From Candidatus Omnitrophota bacterium (lineage in GTDB: Bacteria; Omnitrophota; 4484-213), in assembly GCA_021158625.1 (NCBI GenBank), contig JAGGUG010000076.1, positions 1 through 37,946 on the forward strand: a stretch of DNA of 37,946 bases, written 5' to 3'. Positions 17,042 through 22,974 of this stretch are shown here, piece by piece. Made by a program: the position numbers and the translations under genes. The notes below the pieces were generated by a model that searched no databases, was not told the origin of the DNA, and saw nothing but the letters and a program-made list of their open reading frames with translations. Positions within the stretch are counted from its first letter, which is position 1. Each line of letters opens with the position of its first letter.

Positions 17042-17083
17042 GAAATAAGAAAAATAAGGATGTGAAGGGTAAAGTGAGATAAA

Positions 17084-17548
17084 ATGAGACAGCGAATTTA
17101 TATTGATACTTCTGTTATTGGTGGATGCGAGGATGAGGAGTTTGCTGAGTGGTCGGTGCAGCTATTTGAGGAATTTCGCCAAGGTTTGCGAATTACCGTT
17201 GTGTCTGATTTAACTCGCAAAGAGATTGAAAAAGCTCCAGAAGATGTAAGAAGAGTATTATCATCTCTTCCAGATACAAATGTGGAAAATGTTTTTCTCA
17301 GTGAGGAAGCCGAGAGATTAACAAAGAGTTATATTGATGAGGGAGTGGTGAGTGCAAAGCATATAGTAGATGCTCAGCATATTGCGATAGCCTCGGTAGA
17401 ACGAGTAGATGTTTTAGTCAGCTGGAACTTTCAGCAGATTGTGAATCTTTTGCGCATTCACGCTTTTAATTCGGTGAATTTAAAATTAAACTACCCTATG
17501 ATAGAGATTAGGAGCCCAAGGGAGGTTATCTATGGAGAAGAAATTTGA
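17084..17548 (+). CDS. PIN-domain protein (VapC-like putative toxin/RNase)
   Basis: N-terminal IYIDTSV acidic motif, DAQHIAIA, and LVSWNF near the C-terminus; about 150 aa. Confidence 0.75.
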   Translation: MRQRIYIDTSVIGGCEDEEFAEWSVQLFEEFRQGLRITVVSDLTRKEIEKAPEDVRRVLSSLPDTNVENVFLSEEAERLTKSYIDEGVVSAKHIVDAQHIAIASVERVDVLVSWNFQQIVNLLRIHAFNSVNLKLNYPMIEIRSPREVIYGEEI

Positions 17549-17684
17549 TGCTGTTCAATTTCAGCGGAAGGTTCGTGAGGAATTAAGTAAGGAGTATTCC
17601 ACTACTCCTGATGTATTTGTTCGCGAACTCCAAGAGAAATACCGCTATTTACAAAGACAAAAGATTGAAAAACACTCCAAATAA
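17532..17684 (+). CDS. 50-aa ORF overlapping the PIN gene end by 17 nt; putative cognate partner (antitoxin-like). Too short for the ORF track.
   Basis: GGAGG at 17521-17525, 6 nt before the ATG. Product MEKKFDAVQFQRKVREELSKEYSTTPDVFVRELQEKYRYLQRQKIEKHSK is charged and helical-looking. I cannot assign a family. Confidence 0.5.
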   Translation: MEKKFDAVQFQRKVREELSKEYSTTPDVFVRELQEKYRYLQRQKIEKHSK

Positions 17685-17719
17685 TTTGAGGAAGTAAAAA
17701 TGAATTCAAAAAACAAAAA

Positions 17720-17763
17720 TTTTTATCGGTTACAATCTACTTCAGCGAATTCACGATTAGAGA
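17720..17763 (+). repeat. Right copy of the 44-bp direct repeat flanking the PIN cassette
   Basis: TTTTTATCGGTTACAATCTACTTCAGCGAATTCACGATTAGAGA. Confidence 0.85.
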
Positions 17764-17805
17764 TAAGTAAACTTATAAACGAAATTTTTGAAGAGAATCT
17801 TTTTT

Positions 17806-17840
17806 ACCTGTAACTTGTAGCTTGCAACCTGCAGTTTGAA
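17806..17840 (+). repeat. Heptamer array (ACCTGTA ACTTGTA GCTTGCA ACCTGCA GTTTGAA), 5 units, ending 2 nt before the metE-like start
   Basis: Direct reading. It is the complement-type (GCTTGNN) of the NNCAAGC family. Confidence 0.7.
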
Positions 17841-17842
17841 TT

Positions 17843-18802
17843 ATGAAAACCACAATTAACGGAAGCTATCCGAAGATTAGCGATAGAGAACCAAATCTGC
17901 GTCAGGCGATTCATCGCTTTGAAAGAAAAGAGATTGAGCAAGAGGAGTTGAATAAAGTAAGACAAGAAACCATCAGGCGGGTAATCAGAGAGCAGGAGGA
18001 TATCGGTTTGGATTTAATCGGCGACGGCTTGATTGTCTTTGAGGACCTCTTTTCGCCCTTTGCCGAGGCCTGGCAGGGAATTCGCCGCGGTGGTTTGGAG
18101 AGATTTTTTGATAACAATACCTATTACCGCCATCCGGTAATTGAAGGGAAAATTGTTTTCTCTCCCTCTCAATATGGACAGGATTTAAAATTTGCTAAAT
18201 CTGTTGCCAATAAACCTCTAAAAGCAATTCTGCCCGGGCCTTTCACCTTTGCTAAATTAAGCGAGAGTAAATTTTATTCTTCAGAAGAAGAATTGCTTAC
18301 TGATTTGAGCGCTGCTTTGATTCAAGAAGCAAAAGAGATTAGCGATTATGTAGAGGTGATTCAATTTGATGAGCCATCTCTCGTTTTATTCCCTGAGAAA
18401 ATAGAATTAGTAAAAAAAGACTTCCAGAAAATAAAACAAGAATTGAACAAGAAAATCATTCTTTCTCTTTATTTTTCACCTCTGAAGAATTTTCTTTCTT
18501 CTCTAAGCGATTTTCCCATTGACGGCCTGGTTTTGGATGCAATAACTAATAATAACTTAGAAACCATTTTTCAATTTTTAAGCCAGAATTCCTATAATAA
18601 AGAATTGACTCTTGGCTGTGTAGATGCCCGGAATACAAAATTGGAGAGCAAAGAAGAATTAAAGAAAATTCTGACCAAGATAAAAACTCTACTTCCTGAG
18701 GAAAATATTTTCATCAGCCCAAATTGCAGTTTGGAATTTCTGCCCCACTCTGCTGCATTAGTGAAAATTAAAAATATGGTAGAAGTAGTGAAACAATGCT
18801 GA
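17843..18802 (+). CDS. MetE-like (cobalamin-independent methionine synthase fold) protein, N-domain-like paralog lacking the HxC zinc motif
   Basis: Similar length and pattern to the downstream gene (GSYPK, GDG, IQFDEP, DARN, PNCSLEF), but no H-x-C. Confidence 0.75.
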   Translation: MKTTINGSYPKISDREPNLRQAIHRFERKEIEQEELNKVRQETIRRVIREQEDIGLDLIGDGLIVFEDLFSPFAEAWQGIRRGGLERFFDNNTYYRHPVIEGKIVFSPSQYGQDLKFAKSVANKPLKAILPGPFTFAKLSESKFYSSEEELLTDLSAALIQEAKEISDYVEVIQFDEPSLVLFPEKIELVKKDFQKIKQELNKKIILSLYFSPLKNFLSSLSDFPIDGLVLDAITNNNLETIFQFLSQNSYNKELTLGCVDARNTKLESKEELKKILTKIKTLLPEENIFISPNCSLEFLPHSAALVKIKNMVEVVKQC

Positions 18803-19767
18803 AAACAACCACAGTAGGAAGTTTACCCAAGCCGGATTATCTAAAAAGGGCCCGCACTGATTTTCGTCAGAATAGAATTAGTCGCGAAGAACTAAAGAGG
18901 TTAGAAAAAAAGGCCACTGCCGAGTGGGTAAAGATTCAAGACGAAATTGGTCTGGATGTTTTGGTTGACGGAGAGATGTACCGCGGCGATATGGCTACCT
19001 ACTTTGCCGAAAACCTGAGCGGTTTTAAGATTAGTGGATTGGTGCGTAGTTATGGTAATCGTTATTATCGCAAGCCCATAGTTGTTGGGAAGATTAAAAG
19101 AGAAAAGCCAATTACCTTAGAGATGTTCAGATTTGCTCAGGGTTTAACTAAAAAGCCGGTTAAAGGGATGCTCACCGGCCCTTACACAATGGCTGATTGG
19201 TCGTTTAATGAATACTATCCCGACCGCCGCAGTTTGGTTCTGGATTTAGCCGAGGCAATTCATAAGGAAGCTGTAGATTTAGAAAAAGCCGGGGCAAAAT
19301 ATATTCAGATTGACGAGCCAGCGGTTTCCACCCATCCTGAAGAAATTGATTTGGCTATTGAAGCGATGAGGGTTGTGACTGCCGACTTAAAGGTAACTAC
19401 CATTACCCATATCTGCTATGGAGATTTTGTCAAGATTTATCCGAGGATGCTGGAGTTAGCCGTTGACCAATTTGACCTTGAGTTTGCCAATCGTCAATTT
19501 GAACTCTTACAACTTATTGAGGAAAAGGGAGGATTCAACGATAAGCAAATTGGTTTAGGGGTTATTGATGTTCATTCACACAGGATAGAAACCAAGGAGG
19601 AAGTTAAGGAGAATTTGCGCAAAGCCCTCAAGGTTTTTAAACCTGAGCAGATTTTTGTTGACCCGGACTGCGGCTTGAAGACACGCACAAAAGAAGAAAG
19701 TATAGCAAAGCTAAGGGTAATGGTGGAGGCCACGGAAGAGATAAGAGAAGAAATGGCCAATGTCTAA
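18796..19767 (+). CDS. metE: Short 'core' cobalamin-independent methionine synthase (MetE catalytic-domain type)
   Basis: VGSLPKP, VDGEMYR, IQIDEPA, HICYGD (HxC), GVIDVHS, DPDCGLKTR zinc-ligand pattern. Confidence 0.82.
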   Translation: MLKTTTVGSLPKPDYLKRARTDFRQNRISREELKRLEKKATAEWVKIQDEIGLDVLVDGEMYRGDMATYFAENLSGFKISGLVRSYGNRYYRKPIVVGKIKREKPITLEMFRFAQGLTKKPVKGMLTGPYTMADWSFNEYYPDRRSLVLDLAEAIHKEAVDLEKAGAKYIQIDEPAVSTHPEEIDLAIEAMRVVTADLKVTTITHICYGDFVKIYPRMLELAVDQFDLEFANRQFELLQLIEEKGGFNDKQIGLGVIDVHSHRIETKEEVKENLRKALKVFKPEQIFVDPDCGLKTRTKEESIAKLRVMVEATEEIREEMANV

Positions 19768-19911
19768 TTGCTCTAATTGACCTAAATAAAGCCCAATGAT
19801 TAATGACTGGATGTAAGAATATTAGACATTTTAGCATTAGACATTGACTTGCCTCGCTGAAGCTCTGGCGAAGCGGGTTAGACATTAGGTTAATTAGAAA
19901 TTAGACATTTT
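19759..19911. repeat. Heptamer-armed hairpin element (AATGTCTAATT... / ...TAATTAGAAATTAGACATTTT) between metE and the tonB-like gene
   Basis: The outer arms 19759-19787 and 19879-19911 are imperfect inverted repeats. The metE stop codon lies in the left arm. The core holds the GC hairpin CCTCGCTGAAGC...GCGAAGCGGG. Confidence 0.7.
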
Positions 19912-19917
19912 AAAGTT

Positions 19918-20772
19918 GTGTCTCTGAGCTCTCTCCAAAAAAGATTTAGTTTAAGCTTTCTGATTTCTCTGAACATTCACATAGCTCTTTTTTTGTGTTT
20001 TTCTCCTCATTTTAATGCCTCCTCTTTTTCTTCTCCCCGGATTATATATTATCAGAGAGAAACTAGAAGACAACCGCCGAAAGCGAGCCTCGCCAAAGGC
20101 GGGAAAACACCAGAAAAGAAGATAGACAATAAAAAAAAAGAGGTTAAACTTGATAAAATAGAAGTAAAAAAAAGGTCACCAGGTTACCATGGCACCCTTG
20201 CCCGCCGAAATCCGCAGGGTGAAAGCAGAAGGCAAAAGCAGAAAAAAAACATAAAACCCAGAATCAAGAACCGAATAGCGATAAAAGATAGAATATTTAC
20301 CCCCTTAGAAAACTCCACCTCTCCGTGGGCCGGGAAAGAATGTTTATTAAGAAAGGGCGGGGGGAAAGCCCCGTCCTTTCTAACGGGGTTTACTAAAAAA
20401 GTAAGCTCAAGAGAAGATCAGCAACAAAAAGAAGAGAAAATTCTCATAGAGCAGAAGCGTCAGAAAAAGGTTCTTGAGAAAAGAAATTTATTAAGTTATT
20501 ATCGAGTTATCAGTGAACAGATTAAGCAAAAGGCAGTTTATCCTGAAGAGGCAAGAAGGAGTTTAAGTGAAGGATTGGTTTATATCTCTTTTACTGTTTT
20601 TGACGATGGTCGTTTGAAAGAGATAGAACTTAAGGTCTCTTCAGGAAATGATTACCTGGATAAAGCGGCTTTGCGCAGTGTCCAGGAGGCTGCCCCTTTT
20701 CCGCCGTTCCCAGCAGAAATAAAAGAAAGAGAGCTGTGTCTGAATATCCCTATTTCTTTTGAAATAGAATAA
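19918..20772 (+). CDS. TonB-like energy transducer (N-terminal TM, Lys-rich linker, TonB C-terminal domain); GTG start
   Basis: C-terminal YPEEARRSLSEGLVYISFTV...G.L.EIELKVSSGNDYLDKAALRSVQEAAPFPPFP. No exbBD genes are adjacent. Confidence 0.75.
   Translation: MSLSSLQKRFSLSFLISLNIHIALFLCFSPHFNASSFSSPRIIYYQRETRRQPPKASLAKGGKTPEKKIDNKKKEVKLDKIEVKKRSPGYHGTLARRNPQGESRRQKQKKNIKPRIKNRIAIKDRIFTPLENSTSPWAGKECLLRKGGGKAPSFLTGFTKKVSSREDQQQKEEKILIEQKRQKKVLEKRNLLSYYRVISEQIKQKAVYPEEARRSLSEGLVYISFTVFDDGRLKEIELKVSSGNDYLDKAALRSVQEAAPFPPFPAEIKERELCLNIPISFEIE
20296..20394 (+). repeat. 93-bp in-frame palindromic insertion in the tonB-like gene (same family and frame as the gatA insertion)
   Basis: ACCCCCTTAGAAA versus TTTCTAACGGGGT inverted termini. 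F-T codons are duplicated 93 nt apart. Internal hairpin AGAAAGGGCGGGG / CCCCGTCCTTTCT. Encodes FTPLENST...FLTGFT. Confidence 0.65.
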
Positions 20773-20870
20773 ATGAGAAAAGTAGCGGGTAGCAAAGTAT
20801 AAATAGGGGCAACTTCTCCGCCTGCTCCGGACAAAGGGAGGGCGGGTAGGTCTATCGCCCGTGTAAGGGA

Positions 20871-20910
20871 GAGGTAGAGAGTAAAAGGAAGAGGTAGAGA
20901 GTAAAGAGAA
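20871..20910 (+). repeat. 20-nt tandem repeat x2 (GAGGTAGAGAGTAAAAGGAA / GAGGTAGAGAGTAAAGAGAA)
   Basis: Direct reading. It is the complement of the TACCCTC heptamer family seen in lnt. Confidence 0.85.
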
Positions 20911-20917
20911 TTCTCAT

Positions 20918-21150
20918 AAATGTCTAATGACTAATTAACCTAATTGACCTAATGAATGACTAATGACAAACATTTAATGTCTAAACAATTATTAGTTTAC
21001 CCCGTTAATAATTCACAAAGCAAATTACCCTCTTAAATAAAATCTTTGATTTTCTTTTGCTGAAAGCAAAAGATTTAGCAGGGTATTTAAGGGGATGAAT
21101 GGACATTAGGCATTGATTAGACATTAGAGTAATTAGAAATTAAACATTTT
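20918..21150. repeat. Second TTAGACA-type heptamer-armed hairpin element with nested palindromes, upstream of rpsU
   Basis: Left arm AAATGTCTAATGACTAATTAACC...; right arm ...GACATTAGAGTAATTAGAAATTAAACATTTT. The core has TACCCCGTTAATAA.../...TATTTAAGGGGA and CTTTTGCTGAAAGCAAAAG. The last 21 nt are 20/21 identical to 19891-19911. Confidence 0.7.
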
Positions 21151-21197
21151 GAGCTTTTTCTTGCTACTTTCTACTTTAAAAAAAGGAGTTGATTAAA

Positions 21198-21380
21198 TTG
21201 ACAGAAGTAAGGGTAAGAGCAAATGAGTCCTTCGAAAGGGCATTGCGGCGGTTTAAAAGGATGGTAGAGAAAGAAGGGACATTAAGGCAGTTACGCGAGC
21301 ATAAGGAGTATGAGAAGCCTAGTGATAAACGCCGGAAAAAAAGAGGGAAAGAGAAGGCCGGAGGCGCAAAAAGATACTAG
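21198..21380 (+). CDS. rpsU: 30S ribosomal protein S21 (TTG start at 21198 preferred over the track TTG at 21189)
   Basis: [20 protein letters not shown]...KPSDKRR. GGAG at 21185-21188 is 9 nt before 21198. Confidence 0.9.
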   Translation: MTEVRVRANESFERALRRFKRMVEKEGTLRQLREHKEYEKPSDKRRKKRGKEKAGGAKRY

Positions 21381-21381
21381 T

Positions 21382-21590
21382 CACAGGCTTCAAGCCTCAA
21401 GCTCCAAGAGGGTTGTGTCTAAGGGTTTCGGTTGCGGTTACGTATCGTCCATCGTCATCGTTTATCGTCTTAGAACGAGATACGAAACCGAAAGACGTAA
21501 CCGATACGTGGCTGAAACCCCAACCGATAGACGGAACCAAAGCGACCTGCAGCTTGCAGCCTGAAAGCCTGCAGCCTGAGGTTTGGAGCT
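21382..21590. repeat. Entire rpsU-pilC spacer is built from degenerate heptamers (NNCAAGC x4; CGTATCG/GGTTACG/ATCGTCN core; GCTTGNN/GCCTGNN x5)
   Basis: 7-nt periodicity read directly. The left and right arrays are of complementary types. Confidence 0.75.
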
Positions 21591-21597
21591 CGAATTT

Positions 21598-22800
21598 ATG
21601 CCCACTTTTAAATATGTAGTTAAAAATCAGCGAGGAGAAAGGATCGAACAAGTTGTAGAAAATGAAGATTTTTCTCAACTTGTAAGCAGGCTGAGGAACC
21701 AAAATTTAACCATCATCTCCATTGATGAAATAAAAGGAAAAACAAAAGAGAAAGGAAAGGCTGGAAGGATAAAGGGAGAGGATTTGGTGGTCTTTTCCCG
21801 CCAGTTGGCTACTTTACTGGATGCCGGTGTCACCCTTGTTCAGGCTCTAAGCATCCTTTGCGAACAAATAGAGAATGAAAGATTTAAGGGGGTAATTAGA
21901 GATTTAGAGCGAGAGATTCAAGGGGGTAAACCCTTTTCCGAGGCCCTTTCAAAGCATCCGCATATCTTCTCCTCTTTGTTTGTAAATATGGTGAGAGCTG
22001 GAGAAAAGAGTGGAAGATTATCAGCAACTTTGGAGCGTTTATCCGACTACTTAGAAAAAAATAGTGCTCTAATTGGAAAGATAAGGTCAGCCTTGGTCTA
22101 TCCCGTGGTAGTTAGCTGTATGGCTATAATCATTACCCTCGTTCTTTTGCTCAAGGTTATCCCTACTTTCAAAGGCATCTTTGAGAATTTAGGGGGAACA
22201 CTTCCTTTACCCACTCAGATTTTAATTACCTTAAGCGATTTAGCAAAGCAGTACTTTTTACCTATGATTCTTGTTTTGCTGCTTTTAGCGATTTTTACTA
22301 CTCGTTACTTCAAAACAGAAAAAGGCAGATTTATTCTGGATAGATTGAAGTTAAGATTACCTGTATTTGGAGTTTTATTTCGCAAAGTAGCCATCAGTAA
22401 ATTCTGCCGCACCTTTTCTACACTGATTGAAAGTGGGGTACCTATTCTTGAGTGTTTGGCAGTTGTAGGAAAGACAGCAGGAAACAAAGTAATTGAAGAT
22501 ACAGTGCTAAAGGTTCAGGGAAATATCCAGGAAGGGGAGAATATTGCTTCTCCTTTGAGCAGCAGCGGGGTTTTCCCACCTCTGGTAGTTCGAATGATTG
22601 CCGTAGGAGAAGAAAGTGGGGAACTGGCAAAGATGCTCGCCAAGATAGCCGATTTTTATGAGCGGGAGGTAGACGCTGCAGTTTCCGGGTTGACTTCTCT
22701 TATTGAACCGATAATCATTGCCTTTTTAGGTATTGTAATCGGTTCAATTGCCATTGCGATGTTACTTCCCATCTTTAAGATTTCGACGCTGATAAAGTAA
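21598..22800 (+). CDS. Type II secretion / type IV pilus platform protein (GspF/PilC family)
   Basis: Two T2SSF repeats (FSRQLATLLDAGV..., FCRTFSTLIESGVP...) and three TM segments. The ATG at 21598 is 9 nt after GGAG. The track start at 21583 lies in the repeat. Confidence 0.88.
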   Translation: MPTFKYVVKNQRGERIEQVVENEDFSQLVSRLRNQNLTIISIDEIKGKTKEKGKAGRIKGEDLVVFSRQLATLLDAGVTLVQALSILCEQIENERFKGVIRDLEREIQGGKPFSEALSKHPHIFSSLFVNMVRAGEKSGRLSATLERLSDYLEKNSALIGKIRSALVYPVVVSCMAIIITLVLLLKVIPTFKGIFENLGGTLPLPTQILITLSDLAKQYFLPMILVLLLLAIFTTRYFKTEKGRFILDRLKLRLPVFGVLFRKVAISKFCRTFSTLIESGVPILECLAVVGKTAGNKVIEDTVLKVQGNIQEGENIASPLSSSGVFPPLVVRMIAVGEESGELAKMLAKIADFYEREVDAAVSGLTSLIEPIIIAFLGIVIGSIAIAMLLPIFKISTLIK

Positions 22801-22810
22801 ATGAAACTCA

Positions 22811-22964
22811 GCCCAGCACTAATTTTTCGGGATACTTAACCGTAGCAGAAAATTAGTGCCGGGCTCAATTCCACCATACAATTTAGTCTCCTTGCCCCGA
22901 TACCATCCCCACGTTCGTCGGGGCCTACGGGGCAGGCAGTCGCCTAAATTGTGGTGTCATTGAA
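22811..22964 (+). repeat. Two-hairpin intergenic module, copy 3 (H1 22811-22864, H2 22865-22964), between pilC and clpC
   Basis: The H1 stem GCCCAGCACTAATTTT/AAAATTAGTGCCGGGC matches the copy 2 stem but has a different loop. H2 is TCAATTCCACCATACAATTTAG...CTAAATTGTGGTGTCATTGA with an inner GC-rich hairpin. Confidence 0.75.
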
Positions 22965-22974
22965 GGGGGTTTAA

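Noticed and set aside
16998-17763. Integron attC interpretation of the 44-bp direct repeats around the PIN cassette
   Set aside because: I cannot find the RYYYAAC / GTTRRRY core pair or the imperfect internal palindrome of attC sites, and no intI is present. They are kept only as generic direct repeats.
16982-17813. Small ORFs starting inside or next to the direct repeats (16982..17038, 18 aa; 17700..17813, 37 aa with a good SD)
   Set aside because: The two repeat copies are read in different frames because of a T5/T6 difference, so the repeat is not conserved as coding sequence. The products are short and featureless.
21310-21702. ORF-track entries 21310..21564(+), 21413..21619(+) and 21397..21702(-) in the rpsU-pilC spacer
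   Set aside because: They run through the heptamer arrays, are low-complexity, overlap each other in three frames and lack start context. They are artefacts of stop-poor repeats.
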